DNA of 63,142 bases, filler included, from Candidatus Zapsychrus exili (GTDB taxonomy: Bacteria > Omnitrophota > Gorgyraeia > Zapsychrales > Zapsychraceae): assembly GCA_030765585.1 (NCBI GenBank). It is 11 parts of 11 records of this genome, joined end to end, with 100 filler letters (N's around TTAATTAATTAA, not from the genome) between each part and the next. Parts side by side here need not be neighbours in the genome. Positions count along the whole stretch, not along the records: positions 7,688 to 11,717 come from JAVCCJ010000056.1; positions 11,818 to 15,137 come from JAVCCJ010000091.1; positions 15,238 to 18,329 come from JAVCCJ010000117.1; positions 18,430 to 21,438 come from JAVCCJ010000081.1; positions 21,539 to 24,662 come from JAVCCJ010000030.1; 6 more parts are not named here. The stretch is one strand, 5' to 3'. The notes under the pieces were generated by a model. It did not search any database. It was not told the origin of the DNA and saw nothing but the letters and a program-made list of their open reading frames with translations. A program made the position numbers and the translations under genes. Position 1 is the stretch's first letter. Each line of letters opens with the position of its first letter. This document shows positions 10,188 to 21,701 of this stretch, piece after piece.

Positions 10188-11451
10188 TATTCCTCACATC
10201 AATTTTCCCCGTCACCACTTCTAAAATTAAAGCAGTGCGATATTCTCTGAGTAATTCGATCGATTTTTGCTCGCGCTCTATCTGGTCAGTAATTTGTTTA
10301 GTTTTTTGATCAATATAATTCACAATTTTAGTTTGCTCTTTTATTTCTGGATACGAAATGAAAAGATTACCAATAAAATCCCAACTAGCTCGAGGCATTT
10401 TTGCCCCATAGGTTGAACCATCTATCACTCGTATAAAATCATTTGAAATAGCCCTATAGTACAAAAGCTTTGAATACATTAATTTGCTAGGACGCAACAC
10501 CAATAACTCACCTCCACAGATACCATTTTGTTTGGCATAAAACACCTTAGCTAAATATGGACGCAGTTTATTAAAAAGCACATCTCCAATAATAAACTGT
10601 TTCATTCCCTCATCCTTATCCGGCAAAGTATCATTTTGTAAAAATTGCCCTGTCCAGCACTCAATATTTTCCAAATCTATGCGAATACCATCATTATTAA
10701 TTGCTCCAACCTCATTAATCAAGGTGACTAAATATTTCAAATTTTTTATCTCCCAATGCTTCGGGATTTCGCCCAGCCATTCAATGCCTGAGTCTTTCAT
10801 TTCTACATCAGGATCAAGCCCCTTTGTAACTGCATTGTTGATAATCGCCGTGCGTTCTTCTTTTAGAAGCTCGGTCATGCATTCTTTTTTTGCAATAAGA
10901 TCATCAATTTTGCTTGTTTTACAGTCGAGATATTCAGCAATTGATTTTTGTTCTTCAAATGGTGGAATAGAATAACTTATAAGTCCTTGACGAGTTGAGT
11001 TCAATATAGGTACAACGTTTGTATTTGATAAACTTTTCCATTCCTGAGAAGAAACTGAAGTAAGGTAGAGCCCAAAACGAATGTTTATTGTTTTGTCAAA
11101 TATAACAGCATTTATTTGCTGATTTGTGGCAGCCGGCTCTTCAGTAAAACCAAATTTACCTATGCCACCAATACAACAAACCAAAGGCATTCGAGAGGAA
11201 ATTTTTCTAATTGCTTTTTCCCCTTTATCAGACAAATAAGCTTTTGTTTTACAAATAGCGCTAAATTCTGATAAATTATCTGGCTTAATCCACATAAGTC
11301 CTTGATTAGAATAATTATCTTCATCTTTCATTGTTGGAGTGGCCCCTGTAACAAGATTAGCAATACGCTTTAATTTCTTAACATCCCAATGCTCTGGAGT
11401 ATCGCCAACCCATTCAATCCCTGAATCTTTATATTTTTGATATCGTTTCAT
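10180..11451 (-). CDS. hsdS: Type I restriction enzyme S subunit
   Basis: Repeated KDSGIEWxGxxPxHW, PPFEEQKSIA, VVTGKIDV; two TRDs. Confidence 0.95.
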   Translation of the reverse strand: MKRYQKYKDSGIEWVGDTPEHWDVKKLKRIANLVTGATPTMKDEDNYSNQGLMWIKPDNLSEFSAICKTKAYLSDKGEKAIRKISSRMPLVCCIGGIGKFGFTEEPAATNQQINAVIFDKTINIRFGLYLTSVSSQEWKSLSNTNVVPILNSTRQGLISYSIPPFEEQKSIAEYLDCKTSKIDDLIAKKECMTELLKEERTAIINNAVTKGLDPDVEMKDSGIEWLGEIPKHWEIKNLKYLVTLINEVGAINNDGIRIDLENIECWTGQFLQNDTLPDKDEGMKQFIIGDVLFNKLRPYLAKVFYAKQNGICGGELLVLRPSKLMYSKLLYYRAISNDFIRVIDGSTYGAKMPRASWDFIGNLFISYPEIKEQTKIVNYIDQKTKQITDQIEREQKSIELLREYRTALILEVVTGKIDVRNNA

Positions 11452-11454
11452 TGT

Positions 11455-11717
11455 TTATTTGACCATTTTTATACTGTTTACTATCCAAGGTAATATTCTT
11501 ATACCCCAAAGAAAAACCAAAGCATGTATGCCAAAAAATACCCAGGGGACATTGATCTCAATATGAGTAAAGGGTAAATACAGTTTTTTATCTTCGCCGC
11601 GACCGGCTTTTTCCCATTCCACATCATATGGGGCAAAAGGAAGATTCGCTTCCATTTCATGAATCACTTTAAATTTCGCGCTATTTAAATCTTTATACGA
11701 TCTTATCAGCCTATACC
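11455..11717 (-). CDS. Small integral membrane protein (RipA-like family), 5'-truncated
   Basis: The frame extends to the contig edge: YRLIRSYKDLNSAKFKVIHEMEANLPFAPYDVEW...YLPFTHIEINVPWVF. Confidence 0.65.
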
Positions 11718-11817
11718 NNNNNNNNNNNNNNNNNNNNNNNNNNNNNNNNNNNNNNNNNNNNTTAATTAATTAANNNNNNNNNNNNNNNNNNNNNNNNNNN
11801 NNNNNNNNNNNNNNNNN
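11718..11817. other. Artificial contig spacer
   Basis: N-linker-N. Confidence 0.99.
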
Positions 11818-14014
<2,197 letters not shown>

Positions 14015-14019
14015 TTTGT

Positions 14020-15137
<1,118 letters not shown>

Positions 15138-15237
15138 NNNNNNNNNNNNNNNNNNNNNNNNNNNNNNNNNNNNNNNNNNNNTTAATTAATTAANNNNNNN
15201 NNNNNNNNNNNNNNNNNNNNNNNNNNNNNNNNNNNNN
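15138..15237. other. Artificial contig spacer
   Basis: N-linker-N. Confidence 0.99.
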
Positions 15238-15366
15238 AAAGGCACTAACTTAAAAGGCGCTAACTTAAAAGGCGCTAACTTAAGGTGGGCTAACTTAGAA
15301 GGGGCTGTTTTTTATGAAGGATGGATTATAACCAAACAGGAGATGAAAAATGAAACTAAAACTTAA
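15238..15366 (+). CDS. Pentapeptide-repeat protein, C-terminal fragment
   Basis: KGTNLKGANLKGANLRWANLEGA, encoded by 15-bp tandem repeats. Confidence 0.8.
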   Translation, partial: KGTNLKGANLKGANLRWANLEGAVFYEGWIITKQEMKNETKT

Positions 15367-15571
15367 AAAAGGAGAAAGGTATAATTTTCAAGATTTAGCG
15401 ATCGTTGAAGTTATATGTCTTTCTGATGAAACATATGACCTATATGATTTCGAAATTATTAAAATAATTGATCCATTAATTATTGTGATTTTTATTTTTC
15501 TTGAATGGTATAGTGAGGGTGATATTATTAATAAAGCGCATATAGGTAATCTCAAAAGAATTTCAGAATGA
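15350..15571 (+). CDS. Phage hypothetical protein
   Basis: ORF with upstream GGAG; no motif recognised. Confidence 0.55.
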   Translation: MKLKLKKGERYNFQDLAIVEVICLSDETYDLYDFEIIKIIDPLIIVIFIFLEWYSEGDIINKAHIGNLKRISE

Positions 15572-15616
15572 TAAGGAGTAACATGAACAATTTTAACAAA
15601 AATACGGAGTTAACTA

Positions 15617-16519
15617 ATGAGTAATATACCGGCTTTTACAAAAATATATAATATCGGCCATAAAGAGGTTGAAAACATATTTGACGGTCCAGTTGAAGTG
15701 ACAGAGAAAATAGATGGCAGTCAATTTTGTTTTGGCGTTATTGATGGTAAATTGTATATACGATCAAAGGGCAGAGAAATTGATGAAGAAAATCAAGATT
15801 CGATGTTTAGTAGGGCGTGTGATCATGTTAGAAATTTGTATGAAAATAAAAAACTGCCAGAAGGATATGTATTTTTCTGTGAACGTTTAAATAGGCCTAG
15901 GCATGTTCGTTTAAAATATGACCGTGTTCCAAAAAATAACTTAATTTTGTTCGGCACACAAATAAATAATGGGTATTGTGACAATAAGCTGCGATTTGCT
16001 GAACATTTAGAATTGATATATTATGCTGACCGCTTAGATATCGAGCTTATTCCGTTAATTTATAAAGGTGATAATATTACAATCGCTAAATTAGACGAAC
16101 TTATCGATAGAAAAAGCATTCTCGGAGACGTTGATATAGAAGGACTTGTTATCAAAAAATATGATGGCGCTAACTCTCCGATCTCTGCAAAATATGTATC
16201 AGAGTCATTCAGGGAACGTAAAATAATAAAACTACCAATAGCAGAAACAAGAAAAGAGGCGATTGATGAGTTTATTAAAACATTTAGATCAGAGGCTCGG
16301 TGGGAAAAGGCTGTACAACATCTCAGAGATGACAGCAGGCTTGAAAACTCACAAAAAGATATCGGAAAGCTGGCAAAGGAAATTAATATTGATCTTTTGG
16401 AGGAAGAGGAGTCTACTATTAAAGAATTCTTCTATAAGATGTACAAGAAGGATTTTACAAAATACGCGCTCCTCGGCTTTGCTGATTGGTATTTGAATAG
16501 GTTAAGTTATGAAAACTAA
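15617..16519 (+). CDS. RNA ligase (Rnl2-like nucleotidyltransferase)
   Basis: Motif I TEKIDGSQF, motif IV EGLVIK, motif V AKYVS. Confidence 0.82.
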   Translation: MSNIPAFTKIYNIGHKEVENIFDGPVEVTEKIDGSQFCFGVIDGKLYIRSKGREIDEENQDSMFSRACDHVRNLYENKKLPEGYVFFCERLNRPRHVRLKYDRVPKNNLILFGTQINNGYCDNKLRFAEHLELIYYADRLDIELIPLIYKGDNITIAKLDELIDRKSILGDVDIEGLVIKKYDGANSPISAKYVSESFRERKIIKLPIAETRKEAIDEFIKTFRSEARWEKAVQHLRDDSRLENSQKDIGKLAKEINIDLLEEEESTIKEFFYKMYKKDFTKYALLGFADWYLNRLSYEN

Positions 16520-16844
16520 AGATGAAACGATTGACATCAGAATGCAAGACATCATAGATTTATCAGAATCCATAATGAAGGAAGCATCCCGGATTAACGA
16601 CATTACGAATGAAATATATTCTCATCATAGAATTTCTAATTTAATACTAACAGCGGATAGCATACGGGCAATTGCACAAAATGTGTCCTCTGAATATTGC
16701 GCATGGCGACATAATGGTTTTTATTTTGAAACGCAATGTCAAAAGACTTTTTCATTTGATTCTCCAAAACAATTATATGACTGTCATATTGAATATTGTC
16801 CTTTCTGCGGTAAAAAGATTATTATAAAAGAGGTTAAATCATGA
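16509..16844 (+). CDS. Phage hypothetical protein with a C-terminal Zn ribbon
   Basis: TQC...YCPFCGKKI. Confidence 0.65.
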   Translation: MKTKDETIDIRMQDIIDLSESIMKEASRINDITNEIYSHHRISNLILTADSIRAIAQNVSSEYCAWRHNGFYFETQCQKTFSFDSPKQLYDCHIEYCPFCGKKIIIKEVKS

Positions 16845-16996
16845 TTATTGATGAAAAACAACAGTATGATCCAACAAACAAGGATCATGTCGAATATTTA
16901 AAGAGGTGCTTTGCAGAAAGTGATAAGATATTTCAGAGAAGACAAGAGATGAAGAAAAAGTTGAAGAAAGAGAGAAACAAGTTAAAGCTTAAATAA
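16841..16996 (+). CDS. Small basic hypothetical protein (51 aa)
   Basis: GAGG RBS and ATGA overlap; MIIDEKQQYDPTNKDHVEYLKRCF... Confidence 0.55.
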   Translation: MIIDEKQQYDPTNKDHVEYLKRCFAESDKIFQRRQEMKKKLKKERNKLKLK

Positions 16997-16997
16997 A

Positions 16998-17276
16998 TCA
17001 CTTAGGCCTCGCCATCATCCTCTCTATTATTTTCGCCAATGAGCTCTTTATCTCTCCGATATCCTCTTTCAACTCCTTGTCCCTTTCACGCATTAAATCA
17101 AATTTTAGTTCTATATTCTCGTTGTGGGATTTTAAACTATCACTGATACGTTTTTTCTCGCCGCGAACATGCTGATAAAACTGATATAACTGAAAAAGAA
17201 TAGCTGAGGCAAATATCAAATCAAATCCCGCCAAATGGGTTGCAATATGTTTCTGTATAAAACTAAGCATAAACAT
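16998..17276 (-). CDS. Phage membrane protein (one TM plus coiled coil), lysis-module associated
   Basis: Hydrophobic N-terminus, heptad-like C-terminus, downstream of the holin. Confidence 0.55.
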   Translation of the reverse strand: MFMLSFIQKHIATHLAGFDLIFASAILFQLYQFYQHVRGEKKRISDSLKSHNENIELKFDLMRERDKELKEDIGEIKSSLAKIIERMMARPK

Positions 17277-17379
17277 CCGTGTATTATACCCTTATTAAAG
17301 GGAAAGCCGTTATCCTTTAATAACAGTCTTCCTTATTAAACTTTATTTAAATAGTAATTCCCTATTAAAAGAAAATCAA

Positions 17380-17775
17380 TTAAACTGTAAATCTGTTCCC
17401 AAACCAGAATGAAATAGTGCCTGCACATAATTCTTTAAAAGATTGATCCATGTGAAAGCCAAAAAGAACACAGCATGCAACCAATAAAATTGAGATAACA
17501 ACATAAATAGGTCTGATTGAAGCACGCAGATCGAGTATCCATTGACTAACTTTTTTCGGATTTGGCATATCTCTGTTATAATATTTAGTCTGTGCATCGA
17601 CTAAAGCCGCTTGTCCTTTTGTATAGTCAGCAATTACTTCTGGTTTCGTTATAGCAAGTGTATTTAAAGTTGCAGAAGCCGTATCATTCTTGCTTACAAA
17701 TATCTTCTTTATAAGATCAAAAACAGGGGGCATAATAAGGCCGCCTAATGTTACAATTGCAGTCGGATCAAACAT
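17380..17775 (-). CDS. Holin (3TM/GTA-holin-like)
   Basis: W...LRASIRP followed by TM helices and ISFWFGNR; adjacent to the lysozyme. Confidence 0.75.
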   Translation of the reverse strand: MFDPTAIVTLGGLIMPPVFDLIKKIFVSKNDTASATLNTLAITKPEVIADYTKGQAALVDAQTKYYNRDMPNPKKVSQWILDLRASIRPIYVVISILLVACCVLFGFHMDQSFKELCAGTISFWFGNRFTV

Positions 17776-18287
17776 TATAATGACTCATCATGCGGCCCGT
17801 ATTCTTCAAAAAACTTGTTGTTTGCCACTTTTCTTATAATATTAGACATTCGTTGCGCTCTCTCTGGTGTATCATCTCTGTACCATTCAGAGTCTAGCAT
17901 TTCCTCTGCTGCTTCGGCATATTTATCGTCTTTTAAATATCCAAGTGTGTTTTTAAACTCCATTAGATCACTGAAGCCCATCTGATAAGCCATACAGATC
18001 AAAACAGCCTGGACAGTAAATGACTCATCCCTATAAAATGGCAAACGATGCTCTAATTTAATATGAAGCGTTTCAACAGAATCATCTAAAATCTGTGCTG
18101 CGTATTCTTTAGATATTTTCCCCTTTTCAATAATTGCATCTACAGCTTTCTTAGGGAGAATGCCATCTTCAAGATTTGTACCATAGCCAATAGTGAGTTT
18201 TTTAGCTGTGCATCGATAAGGGGTATCACTAAACCCCTCCTCGAATATCAATATATTTTTGGCATATTCACATGCAGTTTCGGTCAT
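17775..18287 (-). CDS. Phage lysozyme (GH24/T4-like endolysin)
   Basis: EEGF..PYRCT..LTIGYG, MAYQMG, AAEEMLDSEW...PERA. Confidence 0.9.
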   Translation of the reverse strand: MTETACEYAKNILIFEEGFSDTPYRCTAKKLTIGYGTNLEDGILPKKAVDAIIEKGKISKEYAAQILDDSVETLHIKLEHRLPFYRDESFTVQAVLICMAYQMGFSDLMEFKNTLGYLKDDKYAEAAEEMLDSEWYRDDTPERAQRMSNIIRKVANNKFFEEYGPHDESL

Positions 18288-18329
18288 TTACTTTTTTCAT
18301 TCTTGACTTCGGCTGCAATCTTTTCAACT

Positions 18330-18429
18330 NNNNNNNNNNNNNNNNNNNNNNNNNNNNNNNNNNNNNNNNNNNNTTAATTAATTAANNNNNNNNNNNNNNN
18401 NNNNNNNNNNNNNNNNNNNNNNNNNNNNN
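18330..18429. other. Artificial contig spacer
   Basis: N-linker-N. Confidence 0.99.
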
Positions 18430-18743
18430 AACTTATCTACAATATCATCAACACCCAACTCTGATGGATTTAATCTATCTACAAGACTTGCTCTAGCAGT
18501 CCATAATACAATAGGATTTGTATATCCTGCAGCTCTCATCCTTTTTGCAGTTTCAATACCACTAAATCCTGGCATTTCAATATCCATCAAAACTAAATCG
18601 GGTGTTTGTTGAACAATATAATCAAGTGCTTCTTGACCACTGGTGGCTTCACTTACACTACCGCTACCGTAAATATTTTCTATTGGCCCAGATCTTAACA
18701 TCCTATCATTTGCTTCATCATCAACTAATAATATGTTCTTCAT
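18430..18743 (-). CDS. Receiver-domain response regulator, 3'-truncated
   Basis: ILLVDDE, DLVLMDIEMP, WTA, DK. Confidence 0.88.
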
Positions 18744-18853
18744 ATCCAATAAGAATGATATTATATTTAAAAATATAACTGATAGCTAACCCTTAATTCT
18801 CTTAATAAAAGGCACTCCGTGCTTGATGCAAAAAAACTTTCTCTCTGCGTCAT

Positions 18854-18900
18854 ACTGTCGACTTCGTCGATTTTTTCTTGCAGAAAAAACGTATAACAGC
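18854..18900 (+). repeat. 47-bp inverted repeat, left arm (pairs with 19373-19419)
   Basis: ACTGTCGACTTCGTCGATTTTTTCTTGCAGAAAAAACGTATAACAGC; its exact reverse complement is at 19373-19419. Confidence 0.95.
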
Positions 18901-18984
18901 GATTCGTGATGTTATATACAATCAGAATTCGGCTAAAACAAGCGCAAATTATCTAGTGTCAGATGTTGGTTTACCATGATTCCC

Positions 18985-19194
18985 TTAAGGGCTCTCATGA
19001 GCTAAATATTCAAGTGGAGGTAATGGAATATTGCCAGTGTCACTCCTCCATGATCTTCTTTCTTCTATAATTCTTATATCCTGTTCAAATTGTTTTACTA
19101 ACTCCGCTTGATGAGCTTCACTATTTTCATAACACACATGAGAATAAAGACATCTCTGAGGACCATATTCTTTAGTTCTTGGTGGTGGAATCAT
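18985..19194 (-). CDS. Hypothetical 69-aa protein (MIPPPRTKEYGPQRC...)
   Basis: 3' part of ORF 18985-19395. ATG 19194 is preceded about 25 nt upstream by TTTTATATATT. Confidence 0.5.
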   Translation of the reverse strand: MIPPPRTKEYGPQRCLYSHVCYENSEAHQAELVKQFEQDIRIIEERRSWRSDTGNIPLPPLEYLAHESP

Positions 19195-19254
19195 TATATC
19201 CACAAATTTTATGAAATATATAAAATATTCGTCAAGGTGCCCAAAATCAATTTC

Positions 19255-19382
19255 ATTTAACATCGCAACTATGCGAAGTTGTTTATATCCGAAGGATAAT
19301 AAACAATTTGGGTGAAGTGGAGTTCGGCTACGAGCGAAGCGGAGTGGACGAATGGAACGTAACCGTATAGTTGCTGTTATAC
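19255..19382 (-). repeat. attC-like recombination site (128 bp)
   Basis: Minus strand reads GTATAAC-AGCAACTATACG...CGCATAGTTGCGAT-GTTAAAT: an AAC/GTTRRRY core, a long imperfect stem with a 2-nt bulge, and internal hairpins. Confidence 0.7.
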
Positions 19383-19419
19383 GTTTTTTCTGCAAGAAAA
19401 AATCGACGAAGTCGACAGT
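19373..19419 (-). repeat. 47-bp inverted repeat, right arm
   Basis: Exact reverse complement of 18854-18900. Confidence 0.95.
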
Positions 19420-19485
19420 TTAGAATAAGTCCGTCATCAGATAAGCGAATGCGATACATCAAACAAAATAATCAAGGGGCTGGGG

Positions 19486-20448
19486 CTACTTAATATCTAA
19501 TCTTTCTGCTCTTTGTGCTATTTTTGTATAGAATTCATCCTCTTTTCCAATTAAATTAGGATATCTACTCTGATAAAATTCAATTGTCTTTCCAATTAGA
19601 CCTTTGAGTCTTTCATAATCTAAATCACCAAAAGCTTTAAAGAAATTTCTTAAATATCTATTTAAAATTGTTTTTCTACTACTATTAGTATCTCCAGATA
19701 ACTCAAAAGCACCGTCTTTTGCTAAAAAAGCCAATCCTCGGATATGATCTGCGACAATAGGATTATTATCAATTTTTTTAAAAATAGTACTAATTGATTC
19801 TAATCCATTTATTGCTTGTACTACACGTTCTAAACCAAAACCAGCAGCAATAGTTGGAGGATTATATTCGCTAACAATTTCCCCTTTCTCAACTCTTTGG
19901 TCATATAGGACAGAAGTAAATAATTCTAATTCTCCTATATTTGATGGGAAAAATAATTCAGTACGTGGACCTCCATAAGGTTCAACTTGATTAGCAACAT
20001 ATGATTCCATATCTGTATGGGGAACAAATTTTTCTATCCCAAGAGATTCCCATATAGGTTTTACTTCATCTGGATTTACTTTTACATTATTAATGGTTCC
20101 ACCATCAAAATAATGTGCAGTAAAATTATCTAATTTAATACTTCGTAAAAATGATAATTGATCTTGAAGAATCCTTTCTCTATCCAGGGGATTGTCAGAA
20201 AAGGTTACTGCCATTTCAAAGAAAGAAAGATGAGTTTTATCTCCAACTTTTTCAATATCCCAATATCTATGACAGGGCTGTATAACAACATACGGTCCAT
20301 TACTTTTTCCTACAAAGTTTGGACCACCACTCACTGTAAAGCAGGTTGGAAATGTTTCATTAACAAGCGAATCTGAACTAATTGAATTGTATCCTCTTTC
20401 AGTCATATATTGTTGAAATTGCTTTCCAATTTCATTTATATTAATCAT
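19486..20448 (-). CDS. Stand-alone alanyl-tRNA-synthetase-like catalytic domain (divergent paralog, 320 aa)
   Basis: Class II motif 2 QPCHRYWDIEKVGDKTHLSFFEM, GPRTELF, motif 3 GFGLERV, and IVADHIR. No editing or C-Ala domain. Confidence 0.85.
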   Translation of the reverse strand: MININEIGKQFQQYMTERGYNSISSDSLVNETFPTCFTVSGGPNFVGKSNGPYVVIQPCHRYWDIEKVGDKTHLSFFEMAVTFSDNPLDRERILQDQLSFLRSIKLDNFTAHYFDGGTINNVKVNPDEVKPIWESLGIEKFVPHTDMESYVANQVEPYGGPRTELFFPSNIGELELFTSVLYDQRVEKGEIVSEYNPPTIAAGFGLERVVQAINGLESISTIFKKIDNNPIVADHIRGLAFLAKDGAFELSGDTNSSRKTILNRYLRNFFKAFGDLDYERLKGLIGKTIEFYQSRYPNLIGKEDEFYTKIAQRAERLDIK

Positions 20449-20536
20449 AGAGTAGTTAATTGCATTAGAGTATATTAGTGTTTGTAGTAGTATTTTTAAC
20501 GACAGATTTAAATATAGGGAGTGTATTAATAATTAT

Positions 20537-21277
20537 ATGGAACCTGAAGAAGCGCTAAAATCAATTGGTTTGTCAAGTAAAGAAATTAAAGTTTATCTTG
20601 CTTGTTTAAAGATAGGATCTGCAACAGTGAACCAAATATCTAAAGAAGCTGGAACTTTTAGAACATATACTTATGATATTTTGAAATCATTGGCTGAGGA
20701 AGGATTGGTTCATCATGTGATGAAAGAAAGAAAACAATTCTTTGAGTCTTCTGATCCTGAGAGAATAATTGAAATTTTAAAAGAAAGAGAAGATAAGATA
20801 AAGGATGTTCTTCCAAAATTGAAAAGTATGAGTAAATCCATAACAGAAAAACCCTCTGTTGAATTCTACGAAGGATTAGCAGGAGTAAATTTCATACATG
20901 ATTTAATTTTACGTGAAGTTCCAAAAGAAATAAGAGTTTTTGGAAATCCCGAACAGCACTTTGAAATCATGAAATTTTACCTACCTAGATTTGTAAGAAC
21001 AAGAGTAAAAAAGAAAATAATGGCGAGGGTAATAATTAAGGAATCAAAGATTGGCAGAGAATGGATGAAAGGAAAAGAAAAACTAGAATTAAGAGAAACA
21101 AGATTCTTTTCTTTACAACCAAAAGAATTTCCTGCTGTAATATATATGTGGAATAATAAAATTGCCTATTTTACAATCGAAAAGAAGATAATTGCAGTTT
21201 TAATTAAGAATGAAAATATAGCACAAGCACAAAGAGCAGTATTTGACAATTTATGGGAAGTAGCTAAGAAAGGATAA
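20537..21277 (+). CDS. TrmB-family transcriptional regulator
   Basis: LKSIGLSSKEIKVYLACLKIG...RTYTYDILKSL..GLV wHTH, VEFYEG, and a C-terminal effector domain ending FDNLW. Confidence 0.9.
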   Translation: MEPEEALKSIGLSSKEIKVYLACLKIGSATVNQISKEAGTFRTYTYDILKSLAEEGLVHHVMKERKQFFESSDPERIIEILKEREDKIKDVLPKLKSMSKSITEKPSVEFYEGLAGVNFIHDLILREVPKEIRVFGNPEQHFEIMKFYLPRFVRTRVKKKIMARVIIKESKIGREWMKGKEKLELRETRFFSLQPKEFPAVIYMWNNKIAYFTIEKKIIAVLIKNENIAQAQRAVFDNLWEVAKKG

Positions 21278-21320
21278 AGCCCCAGCCCTCTCAAAATAAA
21301 AAGGACTTATTCTAAATTGC

Positions 21321-21438
21321 GTATAACATCGCAATTAAGCGACCCGTAGGGCTCGGGCGGAGTGAAACGACCCCGAGTGTTTTTGCGAAGCAAAAATATG
21401 GGTGGAAAAACCTGCAAGGTTTTGGAACCGCTTAATCT
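21321..21438 (-). repeat. attC-like site, truncated by the contig end
   Basis: Minus strand ends CGCTTAATTGCGAT-GTTATAC, the same TTGCGATGTT end as 19255-19382. ATTAAGCG/CGCTTAAT stem with internal hairpins. Confidence 0.65.
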
Positions 21439-21538
21439 NNNNNNNNNNNNNNNNNNNNNNNNNNNNNNNNNNNNNNNNNNNNTTAATTAATTAANNNNNN
21501 NNNNNNNNNNNNNNNNNNNNNNNNNNNNNNNNNNNNNN
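21439..21538. other. Artificial contig spacer
   Basis: N-linker-N. Confidence 0.99.
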
Positions 21539-21697
21539 AAACGCAGGAAAAGATGTAAACACTAATAGGGCAAATATCCCTAAAAGAACAATCACAGAAA
21601 TAATACCGTTAAAAAAGAAAAAGCCATGAATAAGCTTTTCTTTTATAGAAGAACTTATCCATGATCTTTTTCTTTGTATTAAAATGCTTCCTTGCAT
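21539..21697 (-). CDS. pstC: Phosphate ABC permease PstC, N-terminal fragment
   Basis: KEKLIHGFFFFNGIISVIVLLGIF, downstream of pstS. Confidence 0.75.
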
Positions 21698-21701
21698 ATA
21701 T

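Larger units (their letters stand above)
15238..18329. mobile_element. Phage or prophage contig
   Basis: Lysozyme, holin, RNA ligase, a pentapeptide-repeat protein and short overlapping hypothetical ORFs. Confidence 0.85.

Noticed and set aside
19195..19395. N-terminal half of the 136-aa ORF 18985-19395
   Set aside because: It reads through the attC-like palindrome. The plausible gene starts at 19194.
19486..20448. Housekeeping alaS truncated by assembly, or a split AlaRS alpha chain
   Set aside because: The gene is internal to the contig with its own start and stop, and key pocket residues are substituted. The split-AlaRS reading is disfavoured but not excluded.
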